Origin: a virus
Virus record (IMG/VR): IMGVR_UViG_3300022746_000019
Span: 1 to 64,000 of that record
Length of the DNA stretch: 64,000 nucleotides
Strand: one strand, 5' to 3'
Every line of letters begins with the position of its first letter. The first letter of the stretch is position 1. Shown here in pieces: positions 24,854 through 34,871 of this stretch. Both the position numbers and the translations under genes were made by a program. The notes under the pieces were generated by a model, which saw only the letters and a program-made list of their open reading frames with translations, did no database searches and was not told the origin of the DNA.

Positions 24854-26886
24854 CATCCTGTTATCAGTTTCACTTCGCAGGCATCCGTGGTGCAATATGC
24901 CTCTCCGATAGCATCCGCTGCCATTCCGGCGTAAACCCCAGACAGATCGATTGGGAAGAGCTTCATCTCCCCCTCGTCTACATATTCTTGTTCAGTAATA
25001 CGCGTGTAAGGCATTTGAGGATAGACATGATTACCAGACGGCAAGAAACTCACAGTCTTGAGCTGCCCGTCGTACATATGGAGCACAGTTCCAATGTGAT
25101 CCTTCTCTGTCTCTGGGTCAAAGGTGATAGTCACAGAGACGGAGTTGTCCGACCAGTACCGCTGTGCGGTGGACGCGAGAGCCATCTTCTCAAAGACAGT
25201 TACATCGCGCTCAGCTCGCTTGGCTTCGGACTTAATTGGGAAGAACACGACACTAGTTCCCTTTGGGTCTTCGCTGGCCGGCTCCACGCGATACTGAGCC
25301 ATCTTGAACAATGGCAGCATCGGGTCATTGTTGGAGAATCGAATAGCACGCAGGAAGTACTTTCCGCCCGGAGTCCAGTGGACGCCCGGACTCTCACCAG
25401 CGAGGATCGAGACAGTTCCCGACGGCTTGATAGTGGTGGTCTTAATAGACTCGCGCACACCCAGCCATTCGGAATACTTCTTGTCGTAGTGCTGAACAGT
25501 CGCGTAACCCTCGTCCATCCAAAGGCGGAGTTCGGGCATACCACGGTTGTCAGCGAAGTTAGCGACGCCAGACATCGAGGTTCCGATGCGGCGGTTGCGC
25601 TGCATGATGGCATTGGTCTCTTCCCAGTGGGTCGGGAGAAGCGTCACAGTCTTGGCGTAGAGGTAGGCGAACTTCAATGTGCGGTTGTAATCCTCAAGGG
25701 AGTCATGGCGGTTGAGGTAAGTCTCAACCAAGGTGCACATCTCGTACGACTCAAGGCTCTGCTCAGCGCATGGGTTGTAGCCAGCTGCTCGCCAGTCCTT
25801 GTTGTTAGGCTGATCGATAAGGCGTCCGTACTTGCGAGTGACATCCATCCAGATAACGCCCGGTTCTCCGTTGAGTGCGATGCCATCCACAATTCCCGAG
25901 AGGTCGTCACCTACAGAGACGGACACAGAGTTGTTGGACATCCAGCCCCAGCCTGGAGCGGCGGGGTCGTAGGAGTTGCGTTCTGGGTAAACCTCTGGGT
26001 TCTTGAGGTTCAGGAAGTCTGGATCATCGATGGAGCCAATGAGAAGTTCTGCGGAGCGGCGGACATTGCCCGATACGACGCAGACGCCAATGAGGTTGCC
26101 AATGTCAGCAATGTCCTTGCGGGTGACCTGCTCACCGGCGCGTCCCTTGAACAAGTTAGCAATGTGATTGTGCAAACGCATAAGTGGCTCGGGGCCAGCT
26201 GCGGTGCCGCCGAAAGTGCGGATGGGTTCTCCCGCCAAACGAATCTGGGAGTAGTCAAACTCCACGCATGGCTGATCCGACTTCAAGTAGGAGTTGATTA
26301 CCTCAACCACGGACTCTACCCAGCCTTCGCGAGTGTCCGGAATGACCGCGGTCTTGCACTCGTCCTTGGGCTGGTAGATGGTGAATCCCTTGTCCGCACC
26401 CTTCTGGTCGAACCCGACACCGACGCCCAGCATGGACGCTTCCATGAGGAACGCGAACGGAGCGGCGGGGTTGTTCTTCGTCATGCTCTCGGTGCTGACG
26501 AACGCACAGTTCTGCAGGGCGGCACTGTTCTTCTGCTCATTGACGAGCGGGGTACCCATGACCCACAGCCCACGACCGGGCGGAGTCCACTTGAGGTTGA
26601 ACAGTCGATCGAAGGCTTCTTTGGCCGACGCAGCGGCGCGGCTGTCATTCCAGGGAAGTCGGTTGGACTTGCAGTGATCCTTCTGCAGGCTGTACATACC
26701 GTTGATGACGCGCTCGCAAACATCTACCCAAGTCTCCTTGGTGCCGTCCTCTTTCAAACGACTGTAGGTGCGGAGAAATGTAATCTCACCAACGGAATTA
26801 CCGGCGGCATCTCGATACCCCCAAGGAACGGGTTTGCCTCTGTAACCAGCGACAAAGTCTTCAGCAAGACGGAACGAAAGTGCCAT
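24853..26886 (-). CDS. nrdJ: class II (B12-dependent, monomeric RTPR-type) ribonucleotide reductase
   Basis: PPGRGLW, LQNCAF, GNVRRSA, YNPCAEQ, TIKPSGT, C-terminal CTTDACE. Confidence 0.93.
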   Translation of the reverse strand: MALSFRLAEDFVAGYRGKPVPWGYRDAAGNSVGEITFLRTYSRLKEDGTKETWVDVCERVINGMYSLQKDHCKSNRLPWNDSRAAASAKEAFDRLFNLKWTPPGRGLWVMGTPLVNEQKNSAALQNCAFVSTESMTKNNPAAPFAFLMEASMLGVGVGFDQKGADKGFTIYQPKDECKTAVIPDTREGWVESVVEVINSYLKSDQPCVEFDYSQIRLAGEPIRTFGGTAAGPEPLMRLHNHIANLFKGRAGEQVTRKDIADIGNLIGVCVVSGNVRRSAELLIGSIDDPDFLNLKNPEVYPERNSYDPAAPGWGWMSNNSVSVSVGDDLSGIVDGIALNGEPGVIWMDVTRKYGRLIDQPNNKDWRAAGYNPCAEQSLESYEMCTLVETYLNRHDSLEDYNRTLKFAYLYAKTVTLLPTHWEETNAIMQRNRRIGTSMSGVANFADNRGMPELRLWMDEGYATVQHYDKKYSEWLGVRESIKTTTIKPSGTVSILAGESPGVHWTPGGKYFLRAIRFSNNDPMLPLFKMAQYRVEPASEDPKGTSVVFFPIKSEAKRAERDVTVFEKMALASTAQRYWSDNSVSVTITFDPETEKDHIGTVLHMYDGQLKTVSFLPSGNHVYPQMPYTRITEQEYVDEGEMKLFPIDLSGVYAGMAADAIGEAYCTTDACEVKLITG

Positions 26887-27107
26887 TAATTTACTCCTCT
26901 AAGGTTGCGTACTTTATTTTCACATTTTTGACACTCAACCCATTGGGACGGGAAAGTGTAAGAATCATTGTCTATGCGGGCGGTGGGGCGGTCAGCATCA
27001 TGCTCTACGCGAACCCCGCAAAATGACTTTAAGCCTGGGGCTTCCTCAATCTGATCGGTGGCATGCCAAACACCCGTACCACTGCGGACTGCGTAGTGCC
27101 TATTCAT
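26886..27107 (-). CDS. hypothetical protein
   Basis: AGGAG RBS; H..C..CxxC. Confidence 0.6.
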   Translation of the reverse strand: MNRHYAVRSGTGVWHATDQIEEAPGLKSFCGVRVEHDADRPTARIDNDSYTFPSQWVECQKCENKVRNLRGVN

Positions 27108-27162
27108 TATTCTCCTAGAGTGTGCAGTTTCATGCAGTTGTGGTAGGACATATCAACTATGT

Positions 27163-28563
27163 CTAACCTTCAATTTGACCTTGGATAACCTTAGTCGTTT
27201 GGTCTTCGGTGAGGCCTTCGTTGGGCAGATTCTGCAATACAGCAGCCCTGTCGCCAAACAGATTGGAAAGAACTCCGCTGGATGCCCGGCCTTCAACAGT
27301 CATCCTAATGAAGGATTGCGAATCATCCAAATCTTTGGTGGTCTTCAGCATTCGGAACAGCCGGTCGACCTCTTGGGAAACATTCGGATCTGGGTATCCG
27401 CCGTTCATTTCCTCACTAAAACGCGCAAAAGCAATGCGTTGTCCCTGCATTTCAATCATGGTATTAATCAAGGCTTTGAGTTGCTCTTTGGTCTTTACCT
27501 CGACAGGGAGTTTGAAAGCGCACTGGGTGTTGGGCTTGAAAGCGGGGCAGTTGTCGGCTACGAAGCAGGTATTGCACATACGCAGCGAGGCGGACTGGGA
27601 GGTGAGCAGCGGGACATCCTTGACCACATCGCGGCCATCTTCGTCCTTCTCAATAACGCTGGAAACCTCGACTCCGAATACCGGAAGCTGCATCATTTCG
27701 GTCTCGGAACGGGCAGAAAACTTCCGTGCCACTACCCCCGACTTATCAACATCCCCGGAGTCAAGTTCCGTGCGAGTTTCTTCATCCATTCCATCGTACC
27801 TATCAACTATGTTCCCTGTATTAACGCGTGCCTCGTATTGGGCGTACGACCACAGGGCGAGTTTGCTTACTTCTTTGGAATCATCCTCAAGAATTTTGTT
27901 GAAGTCGAGCCCAGCCTTATCGTACATATGCGTGTACCGGGGACGCGCCTGCTCTCGCATTCGCTTCGGGTACCGGACAAGTCTAGTGCCGTCCCAGACA
28001 ATAGTCTCCCCTCGCATCATGGGGGACAACCACGACATAGTGCTGGCGGTCTCTACTCGGACTTGTCGCAGGGAGTCGGGCTTGGCGCAGGCTACGGCGT
28101 GGAAGCGGGCACCTTCGCCGTGGAGGCTTTGGGTGGCTGCGGCGAGGAAGTAATTGGTCTCAATATCCTCACCCTTGATACCGATGTTCTTAACGCCTCG
28201 GTCCACCAGCTTCTCCAAGCCGGGTCGGCCGGTCTCGGCGTCCCACATATGAATGACTCGATCTCCCCAGTGCGGCAGGGGCGGGACATCGGCGTAGATG
28301 TATTCGATACGGCTCAGGTTGAGGTCTACGAAGTCCAGATACTTGCTCTCGTAGTCATCTGGGATGTCCTCGTCCTTGGGGTGACCAGAGTAGACATGGA
28401 TGCGCATGTTGTCGGGGAAATAATCTTCCAGACGGTACTCTTTGGTCTTCGGCAGCCCGCGCTTGTAGGCTCGCCAGAATGAAAACCCGACATTCGAAAT
28501 GCCGGATTCTTCGAGTATTACGCGGTTCGACGGTACATCGGAACCTAGGTAGACAATTTTCAT
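27163..28563 (-). CDS. hypothetical protein: possible degenerate TGT/DpdA-like barrel plus Cys4 Zn site and helical C-terminus
   Basis: RFHAV...TASTMSW..RGE resembles xHxLG...DSTSW..RxG; CNTC..NC..QC. Confidence 0.45.
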   Translation of the reverse strand: MKIVYLGSDVPSNRVILEESGISNVGFSFWRAYKRGLPKTKEYRLEDYFPDNMRIHVYSGHPKDEDIPDDYESKYLDFVDLNLSRIEYIYADVPPLPHWGDRVIHMWDAETGRPGLEKLVDRGVKNIGIKGEDIETNYFLAAATQSLHGEGARFHAVACAKPDSLRQVRVETASTMSWLSPMMRGETIVWDGTRLVRYPKRMREQARPRYTHMYDKAGLDFNKILEDDSKEVSKLALWSYAQYEARVNTGNIVDRYDGMDEETRTELDSGDVDKSGVVARKFSARSETEMMQLPVFGVEVSSVIEKDEDGRDVVKDVPLLTSQSASLRMCNTCFVADNCPAFKPNTQCAFKLPVEVKTKEQLKALINTMIEMQGQRIAFARFSEEMNGGYPDPNVSQEVDRLFRMLKTTKDLDDSQSFIRMTVEGRASSGVLSNLFGDRAAVLQNLPNEGLTEDQTTKVIQGQIEG

Positions 28564-29024
28564 TTAACGCGGTCGTCCTCCGCGTACAGTCCTTGCTGCC
28601 GTCCAAGTTCGGCAATGATGTCATCCCACGAGGCTCGGTTCCTGCCGTCAGGTCGGAACTCTGGGCGGATGTACATTGGGTGCAAGAACAGGAATGTGTT
28701 AAGCCCAGCCTCAAGCAGTCGGGTTGCCAGTTCAACATCGGCGGTAATAACCAAATCTACTCGGCCTCTGGCACGGCAATATTCAACAAGCTTGAAGTCT
28801 TGATCTTCTTTGCCCGGAAGCACGGAGTAATCCACCATGTCGTCCACAGTGCCAATGTTCACAGACTTAAGCCAGCGGTCGGTGTCGCGGTTGTCCTTGG
28901 ACAGGACGGTGACTTTCTTAGAGTCTTTGACCGCGTTAAGGATGGCGGTAACTTCGTAGATGGGCGAACCCTTGGGGTTACGCAATACATCGTCCAAAAA
29001 AATCAAAAGCATATGTTTGTCCAA
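28560..29024 (-). CDS. HAD-like protein
   Basis: LIFLDDVLR motif-I-like segment. Confidence 0.5.
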   Translation of the reverse strand: MDKHMLLIFLDDVLRNPKGSPIYEVTAILNAVKDSKKVTVLSKDNRDTDRWLKSVNIGTVDDMVDYSVLPGKEDQDFKLVEYCRARGRVDLVITADVELATRLLEAGLNTFLFLHPMYIRPEFRPDGRNRASWDDIIAELGRQQGLYAEDDRVK

Positions 29025-29042
29025 CCGTCGTATAGACGTAGT

Positions 29043-29981
29043 TTAGTGGGTTCGGTACTGGGATGCAGCGCGGCGAATCAGCGTGGCTGCGTCGGGGAGT
29101 TCCACCCCGTACAAGGAAACATCAGACTCTTTCTGAGCCTTCTTTACCAAGTCTTTAAGGGACTTCATAGCCTGGACAGTTCCAGACGCCTTACCACTCT
29201 GCCACCTGAAATTGGCAAAGTCGGAGTAACCGGCACCTTTAGGGCTGAATGCTTGGGTCCGACCTCCGTGAATTTCCTCAAACAATGCCGCGCCCTGTTT
29301 GGCGGCCAGCAACAGGGCTGTCTGGGCGTTACTGGTAGTGATTGCATCACGCGCCATGGTCAAATCATTAAGGGCTTGCTGGTAACGGGAAACGATGTCC
29401 TGCGCCATTCTGGCGTCACGGTTTGCCTCAGAAAACCAATGCTCAGGGAATTTGGTCTCGTCTGCCGTTGGCTCTACGGTCCAATCGTCACGCGTCAGGG
29501 AGTACGCGGCGTAGGGCTTGATAGTTACAATATCGCTGGCGGTATTGACAAAAAATGTCAACTCAAACGCGCCCATGAACTCTTCGGTGGTGGGGTGAAC
29601 ATCCTCGCGAAACGCTTCGTTCATCATGTCGGCAATCTCTTTGTCAGACATACCAAAGTAACGGGTGTTTGCTTCGCGAAACGCTACGAAATTAACCCCT
29701 ACCAGACAATCCAAGTCTCCGGGCGAACGATGAGCAGTCCACTGGTACGAAACGCCCGATCCAGCCAACCATACGGTAGTCCAAGACTCTGGGCTGGAGT
29801 AATACTGGTTTAGGTGGCCGTACAAAACGCCTAGGACAGCGTTGCGAACAGACGGAATAAGTTTGGAGCCCCGGAACAGACGCGGGTCCAACATCAACGC
29901 TGGCGCTGAAAAGTAGGATGTCTGCGACTCTACAATCTGTACCGGGGAAGCCTGCGACCTCAGGGCTTCATAAAGGTCCAC
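29043..29981 (-). CDS. Pol-beta-superfamily nucleotidyltransferase
   Basis: LAGSGVSY...GDLDCLV, then ELTFFV. Confidence 0.7.
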   Translation of the reverse strand: MDLYEALRSQASPVQIVESQTSYFSAPALMLDPRLFRGSKLIPSVRNAVLGVLYGHLNQYYSSPESWTTVWLAGSGVSYQWTAHRSPGDLDCLVGVNFVAFREANTRYFGMSDKEIADMMNEAFREDVHPTTEEFMGAFELTFFVNTASDIVTIKPYAAYSLTRDDWTVEPTADETKFPEHWFSEANRDARMAQDIVSRYQQALNDLTMARDAITTSNAQTALLLAAKQGAALFEEIHGGRTQAFSPKGAGYSDFANFRWQSGKASGTVQAMKSLKDLVKKAQKESDVSLYGVELPDAATLIRRAASQYRTH

Positions 29982-30178
29982 TAGTTATCTCCGTCTTTGA
30001 GCGGCATTTTTACAGTCTTCGTGCTTCGCCGTTCTTCAGTGACTAACGGGGCCATGAAGCCGTGTTGGGCGTGCGCGTCGGCAAACCGTTGCGCCCACAG
30101 CAACAGCAAATTATCTGAGGCATCTGGGAGGTCAAGTTGCAAATCTGCGCCGCAGGTGCAAGTCATCGTGATAAGCAT
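29981..30178 (-). CDS. hypothetical protein
   Basis: GGAGG RBS; CTCG...H. Confidence 0.6.
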   Translation of the reverse strand: MLITMTCTCGADLQLDLPDASDNLLLLWAQRFADAHAQHGFMAPLVTEERRSTKTVKMPLKDGDN

Positions 30179-30203
30179 TGGTCCTCCTATACCCTAGTTT
30201 ACT

Positions 30204-30737
30204 CTAGTTATACAGGCCTTTTGCTTTGAAGGCCAGCTTCTGCTTTGCGCTCTTAACTGGGCAAAAATCGCACAGGTAGACTTGCGGGGAACGGGAGCTT
30301 CCGAGACCGGCATCTCTGCGTTCCTTGTCGGTTCCGGGCTTCAACAACTTTCGATCATGCTTGTAATCGCCACAATCTAACGTTCGATTGTGCAATTTCC
30401 AACAAGTCATGGCGTCTTCGCCAAATTGGGATTTGGTGTTGTAGTAATTGGTTCCGAATACGTCAAGACCAGCGGATCCGCCCTCGCGAATCTGCGCCAT
30501 GATGGACTCTTTGACATCGGGACGCGCCCAGTACTTGACGGGAAACTTGTACAACTGTCCGAGGTGGGGCTCAGGGTTTTGATGACGCTCTACGGTAAGC
30601 TGTAGCAAGACATCGTCAGCTGGGCTGCCGTCCCAATCGGGAAGTTCTTCTGCCGATTTGCATGTACGGCAAACAAGGAGCCGAATCTGCGGCTCCGTGC
30701 GTTCCTGTACGGCGAGGTCTTTCGGGTCTACTGCCAT
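30204..30737 (-). CDS. Cys-rich hypothetical protein
   Basis: AGGAG RBS; CRTC, C..H..C, CDFC. Confidence 0.75.
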   Translation of the reverse strand: MAVDPKDLAVQERTEPQIRLLVCRTCKSAEELPDWDGSPADDVLLQLTVERHQNPEPHLGQLYKFPVKYWARPDVKESIMAQIREGGSAGLDVFGTNYYNTKSQFGEDAMTCWKLHNRTLDCGDYKHDRKLLKPGTDKERRDAGLGSSRSPQVYLCDFCPVKSAKQKLAFKAKGLYN

Positions 30738-30773
30738 GTTGTGCTCCTAATAAATGACGAGTAAGTGTATCGA

Positions 30774-31274
30774 CTAACCTCGCGGTCGTCTAAAGTCTTC
30801 TGCCTTTGGGGCGTTGGTGCAAGTTTCGCCAGCTTGTGCGCAGTTAGTGATAACGTTTGCTCCGCCACCGTGCTCGTGGGTTCGACCGCATCCTGGGGTT
30901 GAACAAGGAATTTCCATACCAGCAGTTGCTTTTACGCCTCTTTTTAGCGCGTCGTGGACTAGATTTCGCGATGCTTCGGCAGCTCCGCGGTTTTTGCGGG
31001 CTGAGTGACTGATGAAATTTGCCGAATCTTGCGCAAGTGCAGCCTGGTCTGAGGTGGCGGCGGTGCGCCCCTTAAAACCAGCCTCACCGCTCCAGCCTGC
31101 GAGGAGTCGGTCCTCACTAGGGCTAAGCTGGCTCTGTACTGAACCGTACTCTTTTTCTTGCGCAGCTGAACTTGCGGAAAGTTCACGCTCTACAGCGCTA
31201 TTTTTAGCCTTACGCTGGGCGTTGCGTTTTTCAATTTCGGCTGAAAGGTCTTCGTGTTCGGGTAGGCCTGCCAT
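30774..31274 (-). CDS. hypothetical protein
   Basis: 166-aa ORF in co-oriented run. Confidence 0.6.
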   Translation of the reverse strand: MAGLPEHEDLSAEIEKRNAQRKAKNSAVERELSASSAAQEKEYGSVQSQLSPSEDRLLAGWSGEAGFKGRTAATSDQAALAQDSANFISHSARKNRGAAEASRNLVHDALKRGVKATAGMEIPCSTPGCGRTHEHGGGANVITNCAQAGETCTNAPKAEDFRRPRG

Positions 31275-31351
31275 TTCAATTACCCGCGAATTCCGCCGGA
31301 GGCTTGTCCTGGGGTATGAAGAATAGATTGAACTGACAATTGTGACATTTA

Positions 31352-31558
31352 TTACGCTCCTGGGTTTACTTTGACTGGCTCTTCGGAATTAATAAACCCA
31401 TAGTTCATGTATGGGTGCAGACCGGCGCGGTTCTGCACGACTGCCTGATCGCCCATGCCGGGGGCAACGGTGGTGTTGGGGCGGCGCTTACGGTACTTAC
31501 CGTCGGTTGCGCCTTCCAGCAATTCGGCGTTCTCGGAGCGCGCTTTACGAACTGTCAT
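31352..31558 (-). CDS. hypothetical protein
   Basis: AAGGA RBS. Confidence 0.65.
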   Translation of the reverse strand: MTVRKARSENAELLEGATDGKYRKRRPNTTVAPGMGDQAVVQNRAGLHPYMNYGFINSEEPVKVNPGA

Positions 31559-31566
31559 GGCTGTCC

Positions 31567-31821
31567 TTAAATCTCTCCGTTAAAACGGTCGGGGTCAATC
31601 CGTTTTGCTTTTTCTCGGGCTTCGGCCGCCTTAGGAGTTGGCGAAACATACGGATCAGTGGGGGTAACGGCCGGTCGCGGTGCGCGAATTACGCCTTCAC
31701 CTCGTGGTGATACTTTAGGTTCGGTAGACCTGTAACCGCTTGCGTAACCGCGGACGTGCTTGTCTGCGGCCTTCCAAATTTGACGGGCGGGGTCTTTTCC
31801 GCGGTCTTTAGGTGCGCTCAT
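31567..31821 (-). CDS. basic hypothetical protein
   Basis: abuts the upstream stop. Confidence 0.6.
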   Translation of the reverse strand: MSAPKDRGKDPARQIWKAADKHVRGYASGYRSTEPKVSPRGEGVIRAPRPAVTPTDPYVSPTPKAAEAREKAKRIDPDRFNGEI

Positions 31822-32040
31822 TTATACCATTCCGTTCTTGAAGCGAGTGCTGTGGGCTTTACGCCTACAGGTAGGGCAAAGGCTGTCAAGGAGCGCTTCG
31901 TACGGGTCCATGTTGTACCCGCAGTTCTTGCATCCCTTGGTACCATTATAAAGGGTTTTCTGGGTAGAAAACTTGACATCCGTGGCACCGGCCATGCCTT
32001 CGCCCGTAGAATCTGTAAAAAGGCCCGGATCGTTAATCAT
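31822..32040 (-). CDS. Zn-finger small protein
   Basis: CKNC...CPTC; ATGA-coupled. Confidence 0.65.
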   Translation of the reverse strand: MINDPGLFTDSTGEGMAGATDVKFSTQKTLYNGTKGCKNCGYNMDPYEALLDSLCPTCRRKAHSTRFKNGMV

Positions 32041-32402
32041 ACTGACTCTCCTAGGGTATTTCGGCTGGTGGACTGGGTGGTATTGGGTGTCTGACTATGG
32101 TCAGACTCTACACGCTGTTCCTGCACACGACCACGAAGCTGGACAATGTCCTCAATCCCCACCTGGTCGGTCCAATAACCGTACTTTTGGGGGAAAAGGC
32201 GCACCTGCGGGAGCGGCGGACGGACATACTCATGAATTTCTTCAGAGGTCATGGTAGAAACGGCCATAGCCTGGTTCAGCATCCGCTCCATATTGCTGGA
32301 GAATGGACCAATGTAAGCCTGTGGTGGGTAAGCAATTCTCGTGTCTGCGACCCACGGCTTGGTGCGGTCGTACTGTGCGTCAAACTCCGACACTACTGCC
32401 AC
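32037..32402 (-). CDS. hypothetical protein
   Basis: coupled ORF; start uncertain. Confidence 0.6.
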   Translation of the reverse strand: MAVVSEFDAQYDRTKPWVADTRIAYPPQAYIGPFSSNMERMLNQAMAVSTMTSEEIHEYVRPPLPQVRLFPQKYGYWTDQVGIEDIVQLRGRVQEQRVESDHSQTPNTTQSTSRNTLGESV

Positions 32403-32929
32403 CGGGGTTTCAGGCGGGACAACTGATTCACGCGGCGCTGGTCGATTTCGCCCGGCGAGGTGCTGACCGTGTTGGCCTTACCGTCGTTAGGCAAGTGAGG
32501 GGCTGGTACCAGTTCGACTTCTGGGGCATTTCTCAGGCTGGTAATGGTGTTTCCTTGGCGCATGGCGGTCTGCATCTGGCGCAGAATACCACGGTCATTT
32601 CGCAAGGACTCTGGGTAGTAGTAATCAGACGGGTCGATGCGCTCGCCACGATGGACGCCGCGCTGGTATGAACGCTGGGTTACTCGAATCTTGACGGCGT
32701 CTAGGGCGCGCTCTGAGCCGCCGTTTGCCTTGCCTCGATCATCGCGGCGGGTGCGGATTGTTCCAAGGTAGCCGTCTGGGTATTCTGCGGACGGCTCTCG
32801 GCCTACGCCCATACGCAGGAAGTCGAGCTCAGAACGGGCTACGGGTACGCCACCGCCGCCATAGGCGGTGTTGGTACCGTACATTCCGCCGGCACCTAGG
32901 TATTGGATGTTTTGGTGAAGCCCTGCCAT
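32393..32929 (-). CDS. hypothetical protein
   Basis: 178-aa ORF; EYPDGYLGTI motif. Confidence 0.7.
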   Translation of the reverse strand: MAGLHQNIQYLGAGGMYGTNTAYGGGGVPVARSELDFLRMGVGREPSAEYPDGYLGTIRTRRDDRGKANGGSERALDAVKIRVTQRSYQRGVHRGERIDPSDYYYPESLRNDRGILRQMQTAMRQGNTITSLRNAPEVELVPAPHLPNDGKANTVSTSPGEIDQRRVNQLSRLKPRWQ

Positions 32930-33036
32930 CAGTCCCCACCTACCTTTTCTAACATACGGCGACTAGTTGTCGAGACACTGCGGGTGTAAGACATCTGCCC
33001 TATTGTAAACTTTTTATCGTCGTCAATATGGTCAAA

Positions 33037-33603
33037 CTATGCGAGGCGTTTTTGGTAAAAAACCGTGGCTTCTTGGCCTGTCCCGATATCCCAATCGCCG
33101 GCTACTTCAATCGCCCGCTCTAGGCTCGCTTGGGTGAACTTCTTGACGCTTGACAGGAACCCCAACGCGTAGGCGGATCCGGATCCTTGGGCATAAATAC
33201 CGCGCTGGTCCTGCGTGATGCCCCACTCGGCATCCACGGAAAACACGACACCGTTCACGCAAACAATCATGTCAATGCCGTATTCGTCTGGCTTTTCCTG
33301 GATTAACTCAACGGGGTACTTATGCTCCAGATACAAGTTTTGCAGGTACGGAACAAAAGTGCGTGCCATAAAACGCGTCAAATGTTCAATATCTGATGTC
33401 TCAGGCGGTTCTGGTGGGGTAGCGAGCCATTTAATGATGTTAAGGGCTCGTATGTCGCCGGCTCCAGCAATTAGGTAATGCTGATCATTGTAGATTTTGT
33501 AATCGTCTGGGGATAGGCGCCATCTACGCGATACCTCAGTAGCTTGTGTATCTGCGGCCATATATGCGCCGGTGCTTGTCTGCACCGCAATAATCGTAGT
33601 CAT
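33037..33603 (-). CDS. proteasome/HslV-like Ntn-hydrolase
   Basis: N-terminal (M)TTIIAV, AADTQ, KI, GAG, GSGSAYALG. Confidence 0.8.
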   Translation of the reverse strand: MTTIIAVQTSTGAYMAADTQATEVSRRWRLSPDDYKIYNDQHYLIAGAGDIRALNIIKWLATPPEPPETSDIEHLTRFMARTFVPYLQNLYLEHKYPVELIQEKPDEYGIDMIVCVNGVVFSVDAEWGITQDQRGIYAQGSGSAYALGFLSSVKKFTQASLERAIEVAGDWDIGTGQEATVFYQKRLA

Positions 33604-33886
33604 GCTCTACCCAACATTATTTAACGCTATTTACGCGTCTTCTCAATCTTAAGCTCAAGTAGCGCGTCCAAGATATGTTCAGCCAACCATCGGAGTTCTA
33701 CATCCGTAAGGGGCAGGCCAAACATATTAATCTTCAACGCTTCGGCAATTTTATCAATTTTTTTCTTGCGCTTCACGGATCACCTCTGTAAGTTCTCGTA
33801 TGGTTTCGGCTATTGCAAGCATGGCGTAAACTAAACCAACATTAGACGCCAATGCGGATTTTGCTGACAATGAATAGTCGTCATAT

Positions 33887-34102
33887 TTACTCATTCAACC
33901 CCTCCAAAGGGTCTTCTCCGTCTAAGGCTTTGATTGTTGGGCAGGGCCAATTGCCTGAGTCCGGATTGTCAAACTGGCAAAAACTGCAGAAATTATCTTT
34001 ACCGTCAAAGTCTTTGATATGCAAGTCACGCACCCGCTGGATGGCTTCTTCAGCCTTTTCCAGCGAGTCATAATACTTCATGCGGTCACATTCATCACAC
34101 AT
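33887..34102 (-). CDS. RVRxLH/CxxC/WPCxT family protein
   Basis: AIQRVRDLH...CSFC...WPCPTIKALDGE. Confidence 0.65.
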   Translation of the reverse strand: MCDECDRMKYYDSLEKAEEAIQRVRDLHIKDFDGKDNFCSFCQFDNPDSGNWPCPTIKALDGEDPLEGLNE

Positions 34103-34103
34103 T

Positions 34104-34301
34104 TTACTCACCGTCCAATGCTTCAAGGGTTTCGCACGGGTATGGCCCGCCGCATGTGCAATGCGGTTCATCTGGCTTTGGTTGATGCAGGTCACGCACT
34201 CGCTGAACCTTTGCTGCCTCCATTTCCAGCCAGTAGGCAAGGTTGTCTACTTCGTTCGTAACCCTGTCAATCTGACGCTGGATTCGTTCGTCTCTGCTCA
34301 T
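34104..34301 (-). CDS. RVRxLH/YPCxT family protein
   Basis: VQRVRDLH...CTC..YPCETLEALDGE. Confidence 0.65.
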   Translation of the reverse strand: MSRDERIQRQIDRVTNEVDNLAYWLEMEAAKVQRVRDLHQPKPDEPHCTCGGPYPCETLEALDGE

Positions 34302-34500
34302 ACTTTCCTCCTACTGAGTTGCACAGACATGTTTCTGAGCAATAAGTTTTTGGTGGTTCAGCTGCGCGTCCCCACTCAGATTTCCATACCATGAACCATC
34401 CTTCAGGAAGTTCTTTATCACGGTAGGACATTTCGCTAACGTTTTTGCTAACCTCAAATATGTTGCAATGGTCGCACACGGCTCCATATCCTACGCTCAT
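34267..34500 (-). CDS. Zn-finger small protein
   Basis: CDHC...PEGW...YCSETC. Confidence 0.65.
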   Translation of the reverse strand: MSVGYGAVCDHCNIFEVSKNVSEMSYRDKELPEGWFMVWKSEWGRAAEPPKTYCSETCLCNSVGGKYEQRRTNPASD

Positions 34501-34871
34501 ACCTGCTCACCGTCCATGTCGTCAGGGTGCGGGACAGGCTTAGGGTATTCCGAGTCCTCACCGTCCAATGCGCGGATAGTGGCGCACGGCCAATCTTCAG
34601 CACAGCCTAGACATTCGATGCCTTCATGGCCTTCGCCGCAGCACCCGTCAGTGCAACCGGGGATTTCCCATTCCTGTCCAACGTGCAGGTCGCGGACGCG
34701 TTGGATGGCTTCCTCAGCCTTCAATGCCCGCTTCAAGAAAGTTTCCATGCCAAGGACGGCATCGCCAATAAGGTCATATGGCACAGAAACAAACGGGGGT
34801 TCGCTTGGTTGCTGATAATGAATCATGTTCTGAATTGCCTGACGCATGGCAGTTGCCAGAGTGTCACTCAT
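34497..34871 (-). CDS. RVRxLH/CxxC/WPCxT family protein
   Basis: AIQRVRDLH...CLGC..WPCATIRALDGE. Confidence 0.7.
   Translation of the reverse strand: MSDTLATAMRQAIQNMIHYQQPSEPPFVSVPYDLIGDAVLGMETFLKRALKAEEAIQRVRDLHVGQEWEIPGCTDGCCGEGHEGIECLGCAEDWPCATIRALDGEDSEYPKPVPHPDDMDGEQV

Noticed and set aside
24811-26889. 692-aa plus-strand ORF opposite nrdJ
   Set aside because: Codon-aligned antisense shadow (offset 42 nt); explained by the sense gene avoiding TTA/CTA/TCA; no RBS or motifs, and it starts across a terminator.
27175-29813. Long plus-strand ORFs 27175-28482, 27209-28153 and 28479-29813, with an operon-like ATGA overlap
   Set aside because: Antisense to three motif-bearing minus-strand genes; 27175-28482 is codon-aligned with its sense gene; translations show no recognisable motifs.
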